64,000 nucleotides of DNA. It comes from a virus. Position 1 is the stretch's first letter. Each line of letters starts with the position of its first letter. Positions 40,444-50,824 of the stretch are shown one piece after another. Position numbers and translations under genes: made by a program. The notes under the pieces are model-generated. The model made no database searches, was not told the DNA's origin, and saw only the letters and a program-made list of their open reading frames with translations. The stretch is taken from positions 41,785 through 105,784 of the IMG/VR virus record IMGVR_UViG_3300005563_000031; one strand, 5' to 3'.

Positions 40444-40772
40444 TACTGCACCGTGACGCTGACGGCGGACGGCACGGTGATGCTGACTGTCGTCGGGCCG
40501 CCGCCTGTGCCTTGCACAGTAAAGGCCTCCGATACAGCGGGCGCGCCGAGCACGTTGCCGTTACTGTCCTGGCGCGCGACAGATACGGTGTAGGTACCGT
40601 CGGGCACGGAGGGGAAGGTCACGATGGCTGAGGTATCGCCGGGACCGGGTGCGGCGGATTGCTGGGTAAGGACGTTGTTAGAAGCATCAATCAGCGAGGC
40701 AATAAGGCCTCCTGCAATGGTGCCCGCTGCAAAGTCTTGCGGCGTAAGAGTAATGGCGACTACTGCATCCAT
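40443..40772 (-). CDS. small Ig/Fn3-like protein, paralogue of the GH5 C-terminal domain
   Basis: colinear similarity to the 3365-3691 product. Confidence 0.7.
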   Translation of the reverse strand: MDAVVAITLTPQDFAAGTIAGGLIASLIDASNNVLTQQSAAPGPGDTSAIVTFPSVPDGTYTVSVARQDSNGNVLGAPAVSEAFTVQGTGGGPTTVSITVPSAVSVTVQ

Positions 40773-40850
40773 GTATAGCTCCAAAGGAAGGTTAGATTAG
40801 ACAAGTCTACAGGTAAGAACCCGTGCTTAAGCCTGTGCAGTCTAACACCG

Positions 40851-41183
40851 TTACTGGGTACGAACGGGAAGGATTGCGCCCATCACGAGCACTTTCTCTA
40901 CATTCGACGTCAGCACCTCGACCACAATGTCGTAATCCACCCCGTCGAGCCCGTCTTTAACCGGCACAAACACGACCTTGTTGGTCGCATCGAAACTGGC
41001 CGGGCCGTTAAAAATGTTGGTAGGTGTCGGATCACCCCCAGTATGGTTGCTGTAGTCCACGCGCACGGTAACAATCGGCGTGCCGGTAAGTGTTTCGAGC
41101 GCAGCAAGACCTTGCGTAAAATCAAATGTCAACGGCAACTTCTCAATCGGATCTTTTTCGTCAAAACGTTGTTTAGTTGGCAT
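40851..41183 (-). CDS. fibre-adaptor-like structural protein
   Basis: KDP.E..PLTFDF motif; follows the repeat protein. Confidence 0.65.
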   Translation of the reverse strand: MPTKQRFDEKDPIEKLPLTFDFTQGLAALETLTGTPIVTVRVDYSNHTGGDPTPTNIFNGPASFDATNKVVFVPVKDGLDGVDYDIVVEVLTSNVEKVLVMGAILPVRTQ

Positions 41184-41187
41184 GTAC

Positions 41188-43539
41188 TCAGTCCCTTGAG
41201 AACCAATCCGAATTTCCAAAGTACGCTATGCGCTTTAACTTTGGCATCGCTGCCACAAAACCCGGAACCGGCACAAAAAGACTCGATGCCAACACGGCAG
41301 ACGCGTAGCCGTTAAAGGTAATCGAACCGGCGCCAGGTATAATGGTAACCGGCGCAATCATAACAGGGGCTGCGCCCGTTAAGCCAATCGTACCGGCATT
41401 CGGCGTAATTCTCGTATCTGAAAGCGTTGAAACCGCTACGACTTGTCCGGTAATCAACAAATTACCAACACCCGGAACGAGTCGCGTATCCGCTACGCGA
41501 ACAACAGGCAAGCCGGTAATCGCGATAGTGCCGGCATTCGGCGTAATCGTCGTAGCACTACCAAGCTGCGGCGCTTGGCCTGCGAGAACAATGGTACCTG
41601 CGACGGGCGTGATAACTACAGGCGCCATAACTTGCGGCGCGTTACCTGCCAGCGTAATCGAACCCGCATTAGGTACGATAACGGTTTGGCCGCCGAGCTG
41701 CGCCAGCTGTCCTGAGATCGTAATAGAGCCGGTCGCGGGAGTAATCGTTACTGCCACGCGCGTCGTTGGGATTTGCCCGGTAAGGGCTATAGCGCCCGCC
41801 GCCGGACGCAACGTTACAGACAGCAACAATGCCGGTGCCGCCCCGGACAGCGTAACGCTGCCGGTGCTGGGCGTAATGAGGATTGCCCCACCGATCTGCG
41901 GAGCTTGCCCGGTAAGGGCTATAGCGCCCGCAGCGGGCGTAATAATCGTGGGCACGAGTAGTTGCGGTACGCCCCCCGCCAGCGTAATCGAACCCGTATT
42001 AGGTATGATCAGCGTTTGGCCGCCGAGCTGTGGCGGAGCGCCGCCGAGCGCAATCGAGCCGGTCAGCGGCTGTAGAAGCGTTCCTACGATGCGCGTGGGC
42101 GCTTGGCCTGCAAGAACGAGCGCAGCACTACCCGGCTGCAGCACCGTACCTGTACTTAACTGCGCCGCTTGACCTGTGATAGCAAGTGAGGCAGCGGCGG
42201 GCTGCAACACTGCACCTACGATTCGCTGCGCAGCTTGTCCCGTTACCGCAATGGCGGCTGCCGCCGGTTGAATAGTAGTGCTTGAGATTGTCTGCGCCGT
42301 CTGTCCTACTATCGCAATCGCGCCACTCGACGGTTGCAGGAACATATCCGCCACGCGCTGCGCACTTTGTCCGGCAAACGCAATGACACCCGCCTGCGGC
42401 TGGATTAGCGTATTGCGAATCTCTGTAGGCACTTGGCCTGTGAGCGTAATGCTGCCAGCCGCAGGCGTGATGGTGGTGTTGGCCGACACCGTAACCGTCG
42501 GTGCATAGCCTGTAATCGTGATGTTACCGGCGGCGGGGGGCGCAACCGTCAGTGTTTGAATCGAAATAAGACCTGCAAGAACGAGCGCGCCCGCATTAGG
42601 TGTAATGGTCGTGTTGGTATTATTGGTAATAGCGGGCGCTTGGCCTGCAATCGAGATAGTACCGGCGCTCGGTTGTAAAATCGTGCCTGATACAACGGCG
42701 GGCGCATTACCTGCCAGCGTAATCGCGCCGGTATTAGGTACGCGAAGTACGCGAGTAACGAGGGGTGTTTTGCCTGTGATGGAGATCGCACCTGCACTAG
42801 GTGTGATCGTTGTGTTGCTCGGTATGGTGGTGGGTGTTTGCCCCGTGATCGTGATCGCGCCCGCATTTGGCGTAATCGTTGTGCCGCTCGTAGCTTCTTT
42901 GAAGAAGGCGGCGAGCGATGCGAAGTTGTTCGAACCGCCACTATTCGAGAACGTAGCCGCAATCGCTGTCAGCGCGGTGTAACGCTTACTCTCAGAAACG
43001 GCTGTATTGCTGATTGTGAAAGTCCAGCCGTTGATTCCAGCAGTAAAGCCTGTTCCCGCTGCAGGCAGGTTAAAGTTAGAAGTACACACGCCCAGCGCCG
43101 ACAAGAGCCCCGGCTGAGTGTTGGGCGCGGCCGTGCCGGTTGTTACGTTGTCAGTGCCGTTGCCCAGCCCCGTTTGCAGTGCCGTTTTGTGCTGGGCGTC
43201 GTAACCAGAGGTGCCGCCGATCTCGCGGATCCAGATCGCAAGAAACCCAACCGAGACGTTAGGAGTTATCGTAACAGTAGGTGTGCCAGCCGCAGTATTG
43301 TCGAACTTGAAGTGTGCGAGCCGCTGTGTGTCACCGTTTTGATCGATCGTATCAAGCGCGGTGCCGTACGATCCATTAACACTGTCAGAACACGTGAACG
43401 ATGTTGCAGTATCGACAGCGGAGCAGAACACATGGATCGAACTGCCTGGAGTAACAGCGCTCGAAAACGCCAACTGAATGTTAGCTGCATTGGCTGAGTT
43501 ATTCGACGCCTGCCGCTCTTGGAGGACGCTGATAGTCAT
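41188..43539 (-). CDS. repeat fibre protein (~23-aa repeats)
   Basis: more than 20 copies of I-x-P-x-x-G-x-I-x-L-x-G-x-x-P. Confidence 0.8.
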   Translation of the reverse strand: MTISVLQERQASNNSANAANIQLAFSSAVTPGSSIHVFCSAVDTATSFTCSDSVNGSYGTALDTIDQNGDTQRLAHFKFDNTAAGTPTVTITPNVSVGFLAIWIREIGGTSGYDAQHKTALQTGLGNGTDNVTTGTAAPNTQPGLLSALGVCTSNFNLPAAGTGFTAGINGWTFTISNTAVSESKRYTALTAIAATFSNSGGSNNFASLAAFFKEATSGTTITPNAGAITITGQTPTTIPSNTTITPSAGAISITGKTPLVTRVLRVPNTGAITLAGNAPAVVSGTILQPSAGTISIAGQAPAITNNTNTTITPNAGALVLAGLISIQTLTVAPPAAGNITITGYAPTVTVSANTTITPAAGSITLTGQVPTEIRNTLIQPQAGVIAFAGQSAQRVADMFLQPSSGAIAIVGQTAQTISSTTIQPAAAAIAVTGQAAQRIVGAVLQPAAASLAITGQAAQLSTGTVLQPGSAALVLAGQAPTRIVGTLLQPLTGSIALGGAPPQLGGQTLIIPNTGSITLAGGVPQLLVPTIITPAAGAIALTGQAPQIGGAILITPSTGSVTLSGAAPALLLSVTLRPAAGAIALTGQIPTTRVAVTITPATGSITISGQLAQLGGQTVIVPNAGSITLAGNAPQVMAPVVITPVAGTIVLAGQAPQLGSATTITPNAGTIAITGLPVVRVADTRLVPGVGNLLITGQVVAVSTLSDTRITPNAGTIGLTGAAPVMIAPVTIIPGAGSITFNGYASAVLASSLFVPVPGFVAAMPKLKRIAYFGNSDWFSRD

Positions 43540-43546
43540 ACGTCTT

Positions 43547-44329
43547 TTACGCCCCCTTCAGCGCCATACCGATCGAGACATAGCTCTCGGCGGCCTTTTT
43601 GGAGGTGTAGGTCATCGCTCGCGTACCCAAATTACTGCTGTACAGGTATTCGGGCTGACACGCGGGACCAACAAACGAATTCTCGATACCGCTCCAATTC
43701 GTAGTGCCGCTGTTGACCGCTGTAAATCCTGTGCCGCAGTTCGGCGAACCCACACCGCCGCCGTTCGCTGTGTTTTGATCTGTGCCGTTGAGGCAATGTC
43801 CGATTAAAATGCCTGCATTCGAGCCGCCCGCAATATTGCCTGTGGTAAGGAAATCATTTGCCGTAGTCGTTGCTGTCTGCACGCTCCCGTTCCAATCAAG
43901 CGGCGCTTGATTCGCCAGCCCCGACCACTCCATAATCAATAAACTTTGCCACTCGAGATACGGAAAAGTTGCCGTAATCGTTTGCGCCCCTCCCACTGTA
44001 ATGCGCGGCATAAAAAAGGCGTACACTGACATGTTGGCGGAGGCATCGAGATCGTCTATGCGGCCCGTGGCTGAGGGGAACGTGTTGCCGAGGTTATCGG
44101 TGAAGGACACCGTGCCGCCGGGATTCGTTGCGGCATTGAAATGGCAGACAAGGATAACAAGAGAATTGCCGACCGTGATGTTACCCGGCAATGAGATTGT
44201 GCGGGTCAAACTCTGCGAGTTATCCGGCGGCGAGGCGGTATTTTGCCCCGGCCACCGGTTATCTACCTGCTGTACTAACGCGGGCTGCGCAACGACCGGC
44301 GGCAGGTTGTAGGCAATATTCCAGCCCAT
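43547..44329 (-). CDS. virion protein paralogous to the fibre N-terminal domain
   Basis: T.G.S....., DNLGN/DSVNG, EWSG/EIGG, GTGFTA shared. Confidence 0.7.
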   Translation of the reverse strand: MGWNIAYNLPPVVAQPALVQQVDNRWPGQNTASPPDNSQSLTRTISLPGNITVGNSLVILVCHFNAATNPGGTVSFTDNLGNTFPSATGRIDDLDASANMSVYAFFMPRITVGGAQTITATFPYLEWQSLLIMEWSGLANQAPLDWNGSVQTATTTANDFLTTGNIAGGSNAGILIGHCLNGTDQNTANGGGVGSPNCGTGFTAVNSGTTNWSGIENSFVGPACQPEYLYSSNLGTRAMTYTSKKAAESYVSIGMALKGA

Positions 44330-44423
44330 CACGACTAACTCCAATAGTAGGCGAACGTGCATAGCGCATCACTACGCACGCCTCCTACCTAACCCACAGA
44401 CTTAAGAGGCGTGCGCCGCCTAC

Positions 44424-44888
44424 TTAGGCCATCGTGAAGATGCCGGCCGTGGCCGGAGCAATCGTCAACGTGTTGGGGCTGGAGATCGTGAACGCGGCTG
44501 TCGACAGCGTGCAAAAGCACACCACCTTACCCGCGCCCGCGCCGGTGGAATTGCGAATGCACGCGTACTTGATGTTGTTCAGCGCGCTACCGCTCGCCGT
44601 GAACACAAGGCCCACAGTGGAGTAGGTGAACTTCATCTGCTTCGCGGATGCACCCACTGTCCACTGCGCGGTCGCAGGTACAAGGTTGCGCCCTCCTACC
44701 GCGTAGCCGCCCCGCGCGGAAATCTCACCTACTGCGGACGCAAAGGTGGAGATCGCGAGGCCTGCAAACACGGCAGACGCGCTCGCACGGTGCAATGACA
44801 TTTTGTAGACGCCGGCACCGAGGGTAATCGTGCCGTTGCCCATAAAGCGCTTGGCTTTGTTAAAAGCCTTCCATGTACCAGCAGCCAT
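44424..44888 (-). CDS. small structural (decoration/fibre) protein
   Basis: GEIS..GGYAVGG..L; C-terminal GIFTMA; high-expression codon bias. Confidence 0.75.
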   Translation of the reverse strand: MAAGTWKAFNKAKRFMGNGTITLGAGVYKMSLHRASASAVFAGLAISTFASAVGEISARGGYAVGGRNLVPATAQWTVGASAKQMKFTYSTVGLVFTASGSALNNIKYACIRNSTGAGAGKVVCFCTLSTAAFTISSPNTLTIAPATAGIFTMA

Positions 44889-44928
44889 GTGTCAAACCCC
44901 TTCCTTGGGTTAGGATGAAAGAAATGTA

Positions 44929-45135
44929 TTATGCCATCGGAGGCACAGTGGTACCGGCTCCGTTCGCCGTGGCCGTCCATTTATCGCCGTCAAATAAATA
45001 CCATTTGCCCGTGTCCGTTTCGAAGAACACGTCGTTTATCTTCGGGGGATTAGGTTGCGTGTTGTGGACTGGCTTCGTATCGGCCGCGAGTCCTTGCCAC
45101 AACTGCGTGCTGAGCGGTCCAACTGTGATCGTCAT
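44929..45135 (-). CDS. hypothetical protein
   Basis: GLAADTKP..FFETDTGKWYLFDG. Confidence 0.65.
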   Translation of the reverse strand: MTITVGPLSTQLWQGLAADTKPVHNTQPNPPKINDVFFETDTGKWYLFDGDKWTATANGAGTTVPPMA

Positions 45136-45153
45136 TGCCCTAACATCCCTGTG

Positions 45154-46650
45154 TTAATCTAACTGAAACTCCGAGGCCGTCGCGAGCGCGGCGGCCGTAT
45201 TGATAATCTCTGCGATCAACCCGTCGCCGCGTACGTCCATGTCGATATGCTCACCAATCACACGCATGAGGTCCTGGAACTCCTGCGCCTGACTGACCAT
45301 CCATGGATGGCAGTAAAACACCTTGGCCCCGCATGTTACAGGAGTTACGTGCTGACCGTCGTTTTCTTTCTGCTCGTAGGCGTGGTGTGTAAATGCGTGG
45401 CGATCTTCCATCTCACGAAGGCAGCTATCGAACCCAAATACGTGGAATTTGTGATAGCCGAGCATAAGTAGGAGTGAGAATGCACGCAGGACAACCGTGC
45501 TTCCAGTCGGAACGACGTAGTAAGGCTCGTTGCGCGCGTTAAGGAGGGGGATGGAGGACTCCATGCCCGTATGCCAGAGGATAACCTGATCAAAGGGGAG
45601 GGCTTCGAGGACATTCGGGTGTACCTGGGAGGACATAAGATACCAACAGTGGTTGATCACCGGCAGCACAAAGCGCTTGTTGTGCTCGCGCGCATCAACC
45701 ATTACCTGTGCGGACGGTAACAAATCGTGTTCCAATGCCCACCTGTAGGTATTATTCACGGTTACGAGCTTAGCGCCGGAGGCGCGCAATGCCTTTATCT
45801 CATCCACATAGTCATTCAACGACGGGCCGCCGGCTAGCAGGATAACTTCGCAATCATTCTGTTGGAAGGGCCGCGCCTCGCGGTAGCCGCGCTGCACGTT
45901 CGCACGCATGTTGGCAAGGCAGGTGGCTTCTGTGACATTCAACTCGCCCGTTTCCACAAACCGTTTCGCATCCTGCCAGGCGGATACGTAGAAAATGCAG
46001 CTAACGGGATTGCGGTTATTATCAAACTGCGTTTCCGTGTAGTGTGTCACGACACCAAACTGCGACAGCTTTTTGGCCCACCAGTCGGGCGGCTGCACGG
46101 TCATGTGCAATGTTTCTCCAATCATCTCCCCGCACGAGTCGTCGACGGTGGAGATCTGGAAAAACACGTGCTGCGCGGACATGAGGATGTGGTTGAGCAC
46201 GGTGTCAACTTGATCGGTAGGTATGTGCTCCATTACATCGGTGCAGTAGCCGTACTTGGCTTTGTAGGGGATGGGCTGGCTTAAGTCTGCGACCGCAAAG
46301 TTAAGGACCTTTACGCCGTCCTCCGGTGTTATCTGCGTCTGCATCGCTTCGAGCACTTGTTGGTCGAGGCAGTTTGGTGCGAAGTCGAGCATCTGCACCT
46401 TATAACCCATCGCCGCGAGCATCCACGCGCCGCGCCCGGTGCCGGCGCCAAAGTCAATTATGGTCGCACGCTCTGTAGGCTTGACCACTTGCATGAACTT
46501 CGGGATGAGGTGCTCGCCGGGCGCAAAGGCGCGGTACTCGGGCTTCTCCCACATGTCCTTGTACTTCTTGCGTTCGGGATTCAACTGCGCCACTCCGATG
46601 GTAACCACGGGTGGATGCCCCACCATTCCAACTTCGCCGGCGGTTGTCAT
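45154..46650 (-). CDS. class I SAM methyltransferase fused to DUF115/Maf-like domain
   Basis: IDFGAGTG, CTDVMEHIP; AGGPSL, TVN, MVDAR, GSTV, FGFDS. Confidence 0.8.
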   Translation of the reverse strand: MTTAGEVGMVGHPPVVTIGVAQLNPERKKYKDMWEKPEYRAFAPGEHLIPKFMQVVKPTERATIIDFGAGTGRGAWMLAAMGYKVQMLDFAPNCLDQQVLEAMQTQITPEDGVKVLNFAVADLSQPIPYKAKYGYCTDVMEHIPTDQVDTVLNHILMSAQHVFFQISTVDDSCGEMIGETLHMTVQPPDWWAKKLSQFGVVTHYTETQFDNNRNPVSCIFYVSAWQDAKRFVETGELNVTEATCLANMRANVQRGYREARPFQQNDCEVILLAGGPSLNDYVDEIKALRASGAKLVTVNNTYRWALEHDLLPSAQVMVDAREHNKRFVLPVINHCWYLMSSQVHPNVLEALPFDQVILWHTGMESSIPLLNARNEPYYVVPTGSTVVLRAFSLLLMLGYHKFHVFGFDSCLREMEDRHAFTHHAYEQKENDGQHVTPVTCGAKVFYCHPWMVSQAQEFQDLMRVIGEHIDMDVRGDGLIAEIINTAAALATASEFQLD

Positions 46651-46657
46651 GTTTGTG

Positions 46658-47320
46658 TTAGGTCCCTGGAATAGTGAATACGTGCGGATAACCCTGTGTC
46701 GACGAAACGCGCCCTATTGAGCCGTACGGCAGCGAGCGCATGCACTCAAAGTCATAGTCCTTCAATATCGCCCGTGACACTTCAACAATCTTCAACAATT
46801 TCTCGTGGTTGCTTTTCTGTCCCAACACCGCCTCGCGCCGCGACTGTAGCGCGATCGTAAGGAAGTCGCGCTTGCCTTTGTACTTCAGTTTGTTAATCTG
46901 ACGGGCAAGGCGCGCCGCAACCTTCTCACCTTCAAATACAGCCGCCGTCGCGTTTGTTTCAAGTGTGTAGAACAAACTCTCGAGGTGGGCGAGGAGGTCG
47001 GCGGTGTTGTGATCGTTTTTCGGGTCACTCGCCCATGCGAGGACGTTCTCAGTGAGCAGCCCCTCCGCATTGCTAAGGATTTCTCGATCCTCACGGTTAA
47101 ACTGCGGTCCGCGCGCATCGTACTCCGCTCGCTGCGCGACATCGGAAAGCACGGCATACGCTTCCTGGACTTGTTTGAAATGCGCTTCCGCATAGGGCTC
47201 TTTGTTGTAATCGGGGTGGTACTGGCGCGCTTTGATACGCCACGCTTTCTTAATCTGTTCCGCTGTCGCATCGCGTGCTACACCAAGAAGCGCATAGAAG
47301 TAGGGTAGTTCCTCGTCCAC
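46658..47320 (-). CDS. DnaJ-domain protein
   Basis: LLGV..IKKAW..YHPD..AYAVLSD..RAEYD. Confidence 0.85.
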   Translation of the reverse strand: MDEELPYFYALLGVARDATAEQIKKAWRIKARQYHPDYNKEPYAEAHFKQVQEAYAVLSDVAQRAEYDARGPQFNREDREILSNAEGLLTENVLAWASDPKNDHNTADLLAHLESLFYTLETNATAAVFEGEKVAARLARQINKLKYKGKRDFLTIALQSRREAVLGQKSNHEKLLKIVEVSRAILKDYDFECMRSLPYGSIGRVSSTQGYPHVFTIPGT

Positions 47321-47324
47321 GTCG

Positions 47325-47516
47325 TTAGTTTCCGGGTGAAAAGTTATAGAACCCGACTGCTAGGCACACGATGCCCGTCACAAGTGTAATGAGGCTGAGC
47401 CGACTTTGCAGACGTGTTTTGGCAATAATCCAAAAGAAAAATCCCAACAGCAGCATACAGGCGCCGTAGATCATGCTGGCGCCTGCATAGAGTTGAAACT
47501 GCGTTTCAAATGGCAT
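47325..47516 (-). CDS. small two-TM membrane protein
   Basis: two hydrophobic helices. Confidence 0.55.
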   Translation of the reverse strand: MPFETQFQLYAGASMIYGACMLLLGFFFWIIAKTRLQSRLSLITLVTGIVCLAVGFYNFSPGN

Positions 47517-47517
47517 T

Positions 47518-48096
47518 TTACACACTCGGCGCGTCAATCGCTTTTTCAGTGCCGTCGGGATACCGAAAGATCGCGCGATTGTTGATAAGCACGACACTCG
47601 TTGGGAATATAGGCGCGGGCTTCGGGGGCGGCTCGACTGCTTTCCAATACTTCGAAGGTGCCGTTGTTATGGGTGGCTTACCCGCTTTCTCTCGCGCCAA
47701 TGCACGCTGTGTGATCGCAGCCATCACACCGGCGCTCGTCTCCGTTTCCCACTTATCAGGATCCAGTGACACGGTCGTCCTGTTCGTCGTGTAGAAACCC
47801 TTCCACACAAACTCCGCATGCGGGCGATGCATACGACAGTGGTAGCAGTAGGCGCCGCCGTAGAACCACGGGTCGGTAGCATACGTTTGCGCAATTACCC
47901 CATCCATGCGTGTTGACTTGCCGCACTCAAGGTGCACGTACTCCTCGTTGTAGGGGCGGATGTAGCCCTTAGCCAACTCTTTATCATCTAACACGAGGTA
48001 CGCCTTCGCTTGGTCGGTCGGTTCGGTATCGTGGTGGCGGTGTAAATCAGAATGGGCAGGATCCGTTGTCAGCGTCATCATTACTCTCCTTTGCAT
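47518..48096 (-). CDS. hypothetical Zn-binding protein
   Basis: HLECG..TYA.DP.FYG.AYC..C. Confidence 0.7.
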   Translation of the reverse strand: MQRRVMMTLTTDPAHSDLHRHHDTEPTDQAKAYLVLDDKELAKGYIRPYNEEYVHLECGKSTRMDGVIAQTYATDPWFYGGAYCYHCRMHRPHAEFVWKGFYTTNRTTVSLDPDKWETETSAGVMAAITQRALAREKAGKPPITTAPSKYWKAVEPPPKPAPIFPTSVVLINNRAIFRYPDGTEKAIDAPSV

Positions 48097-48376
48097 CGGC
48101 TGCGGCAGCAGCCTCCATTTCCACTATGTAATCGGGTTTATGACCAAACCAACACCCCACGATGCCCGTCGCGAGGTAGTAGCTTTCGCTCGCCATGCTG
48201 CCGCGCCGATGTGGGCCACCATTGATGTTCCAAAACCACCCCGAGCAATAACAGTTCGCTTTCGTGCGCCGCGCTCGCACAGCGGGCGTAATGGGACGTT
48301 TGCCTTTAGTGGGCTTGGCACTGGGACTGCGCTTCGTACGTCGCTGTGTGCGCTTGTGCGTTCGTTTGCGGGCCAT
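48047..48376 (-). CDS. hypothetical protein
   Basis: CYC..PHRRGS motif. Confidence 0.5.
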   Translation of the reverse strand: MARKRTHKRTQRRTKRSPSAKPTKGKRPITPAVRARRTKANCYCSGWFWNINGGPHRRGSMASESYYLATGIVGCWFGHKPDYIVEMEAAAAADAKESNDDADNGSCPF

Positions 48377-48605
48377 CGGTCGTCCTATACCGGCGCAGAC
48401 TGGGTGTGTACTCGTACACGTAGCTGTAACAGCGCAGTGGATACGGAAAACAAACAATGGGAGGCAATTCGTACCACGCGTATGTCATCGCGCGTAAGTC
48501 ACTGCCGTAATACTCCTTTGAAGATATGTAGCGCAACCACCAAACACCCAACTTCGCATTCCAAGTGTAACGCGGTTTAGGTAACAGAGGTACGCGCGGG
48601 TTCAT
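48306..48605 (-). CDS. hypothetical protein
   Basis: ATGA-coupled ORF. Confidence 0.4.
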   Translation of the reverse strand: MNPRVPLLPKPRYTWNAKLGVWWLRYISSKEYYGSDLRAMTYAWYELPPIVCFPYPLRCYSYVYEYTPSLRRYRTTDGPQTNAQAHTATYEAQSQCQAH

Positions 48606-49048
48606 ATCAACTTTACGCGGGGTGTAGGAACGGGGGCGGCCAGGGGTTCCTGTAAAGCCACACGCTGGGTTTTTGGTAATCGAAGAAACTTAGGGAGTTC
48701 CTTAAGCACCACACGTTGTACTGCCAGTCCCATCGGTAAATTGGCCGCACTTTCGCGTTCAGACTTGCGGGCGTGTAGGACAATCTCCCTCCCCAACGGA
48801 CTTAAGTCCGTCCAGTCTCGTTGCCGTTCCTCGTGCGTGAGCGGCAACAGTATCTGTAGTGCGATGCGCTTTGTCACAATTACTGAGGTGCTGTCGCATA
48901 CAAATGCTGCCACGTTGGTTTCAACATACGCCGTATAACTGCAGGCAGCACGTAAATCATCGCACGCACGTAATCGCAACAGTCCTCCTGCGAACGCAGC
49001 ACTGCAGAGTGGCCTTTGTAGGTAATGGGCAGCTTGCACAGCATGCAC
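48602..49048 (-). CDS. hypothetical protein (start uncertain)
   Basis: ORF in tightly packed minus-strand run. Confidence 0.4.
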   Translation of the reverse strand: MHAVQAAHYLQRPLCSAAFAGGLLRLRACDDLRAACSYTAYVETNVAAFVCDSTSVIVTKRIALQILLPLTHEERQRDWTDLSPLGREIVLHARKSERESAANLPMGLAVQRVVLKELPKFLRLPKTQRVALQEPLAAPVPTPRVKLI

Positions 49049-49132
49049 ACGTTTTCAACCGGGTGGGGCATGCGCTTGTGCTCAAAGCAGGTACAGGTTT
49101 TCACGCACCCAGCTCCAGAACGAGTTGGTATC

Positions 49133-49420
49133 TCACTGATCCTCCGCCTTAGCCCACTCTTGCGGGTCACGCGCATCGTCGAGCAACACCGGCTTTCGCG
49201 TGTGCAACAACTGCGGTTGCAGCGGGTGCCCAAAGGACAGCACTTGCTGCCATATGCGACCTAACACGAGCAACTGCAACCGCTCCTTCCAGTTCAACCG
49301 CCAACAGAAGGTAATAATCTTCTCAGGCGTCCCGCTGTCGACGTGGGAGGGCAGCGGGCGATACTGCGGCTGGTCCTTCGCAATCGTTATGTTGACTTCG
49401 GGGAAGGTGACGGGTTCCAT
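49133..49420 (-). CDS. hypothetical protein
   Basis: AKDQPQYRPLP..CWRL.WKERL..G.IW..F..PLQP. Confidence 0.75.
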   Translation of the reverse strand: MEPVTFPEVNITIAKDQPQYRPLPSHVDSGTPEKIITFCWRLNWKERLQLLVLGRIWQQVLSFGHPLQPQLLHTRKPVLLDDARDPQEWAKAEDQ

Positions 49421-49605
49421 TGGTCGTAATACCTTTGTAAGCACGTCGTGCTACAGAAATGTCGGTTCGGAGGCAATTCCTCGAGCGCCCTAAAGCGCGG
49501 CACCTCGTAATCGGGGTGGTACTGCAACACCACTTCAATATACTGCTCGTGCATCTCGCGTTGGCACTGGTCGCAGTGAACAACCGTGTGGTAAACAATA
49601 CTCAT
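49387..49605 (-). CDS. small Zn-finger protein
   Basis: CDQC..HFCSTTC. Confidence 0.6.
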   Translation of the reverse strand: MSIVYHTVVHCDQCQREMHEQYIEVVLQYHPDYEVPRFRALEELPPNRHFCSTTCLQRYYDQWNPSPSPKST

Positions 49606-49794
49606 TCACAAGTCCGTGCATTTCGCGTCCTTGCGATTAAACAGCTTGGGACGCAGGGTGGATTTGGGATCAATGCCATTCATAAGCAGCAGTTTGTCGA
49701 GCACGACCGGGCGCACGACGGGCGCCGCTTGCGCGGTCTCGGACTCGTCCACGACGAGCTTGCCATCCTTCCACACTTCTTTGTAAACTTTCAT
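49606..49794 (-). CDS. hypothetical protein
   Basis: abuts neighbouring ORFs. Confidence 0.55.
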   Translation of the reverse strand: MKVYKEVWKDGKLVVDESETAQAAPVVRPVVLDKLLLMNGIDPKSTLRPKLFNRKDAKCTDL

Positions 49795-50088
49795 TCAGAT
49801 ACCCTTCTTAACTAACCCGTTTGAATCGGGCAGGGCGGGGAGCGGTGACAGCACGTGCCCAAACGCATGCATGCTGTTGGCAAAATGCGCATCAGCCCAT
49901 TTCTGCGTAGCTTGCACCGCACGTTCTAAATCCTCGAGTGTTGTGTCTGAAGTCATAGAACGGCCGCGCATTCGGCTAACGTAATTGTGTGCGACTGCGT
50001 GTAGGTCTCGAATTTCAATCGAGCACATCGGACACGGAGCGCTGCCGTCAAACGGGGGATCTTTTATTTCTTCCATTCCACTACCCAT
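49795..50088 (-). CDS. hypothetical protein
   Basis: abuts neighbouring ORF. Confidence 0.55.
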   Translation of the reverse strand: MGSGMEEIKDPPFDGSAPCPMCSIEIRDLHAVAHNYVSRMRGRSMTSDTTLEDLERAVQATQKWADAHFANSMHAFGHVLSPLPALPDSNGLVKKGI

Positions 50089-50130
50089 CCTTGCTTTGGC
50101 TAACCGCGCTGCGTATCTAACACATCCGAC

Positions 50131-50550
50131 TTATCGGTCATCACGCACCTTGTACTTGAATGCCTCAAACTGCACACCGCGCGAGGCTGCATGACCTTCG
50201 AGGTATTGTATGTGGCGCAGCGCACGGGCCAACTCCTCATGCGCCGTGTACTTGTCGCCGATTTTTTCTAACACCAGCTCAGCCACGCTATTGGCATACG
50301 AAAAATGCAGGTCCTTTACGTCCTTTGCCTGCAACAGCTCCATACCACTAATGGTGAGATGCACGCATGGCGTATGCAACAACACACCTCGAAGGGCCCA
50401 TGCATTCGTGTCGGCGCGTTGCCGTTCATTATCTAACGCAATCTTAAGCAACGTCTTATCGCGCTCTAAGCGTTCGGTCGCAAAGCGAAGTCGACGCAAG
50501 ACTTCTGTTTCTATATCGTTGGCTCGGCTCATAGCGTCACTTCCTGCCAC
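50131..50550 (-). CDS. hypothetical protein
   Basis: ORF in minus-strand run. Confidence 0.6.
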   Translation of the reverse strand: MAGSDAMSRANDIETEVLRRLRFATERLERDKTLLKIALDNERQRADTNAWALRGVLLHTPCVHLTISGMELLQAKDVKDLHFSYANSVAELVLEKIGDKYTAHEELARALRHIQYLEGHAASRGVQFEAFKYKVRDDR

Positions 50551-50824
50551 GTGCGGCGACGTTTACAACAGCGACACGCGTACACAGAGAGCGTAACACC
50601 CCAGCACAGCGCGACGTTTTCGATCTCTTTATCACTATGTCCAACGATGCGGCACCATAGTTGACGCCAGAACATGCTTTATTCCCTAAACCAAACTAGT
50701 CCCACGCCTACCAACAAAACTCCCAGGATAATCATTATGCCGTATGGCAAAAAATTATCCTCCGGGCGCACGCTACACCCGCCCGCGATACCGCCTACCA
50801 GCAACGCGACACCGAACAAAGTTG

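Noticed and set aside
41700-42060. Near-identical nucleotide repeats in the fibre gene as a DGR template/variable pair
   Set aside because: They are in-frame copies of the 23-aa protein repeat, with no adenine-specific differences and no RT
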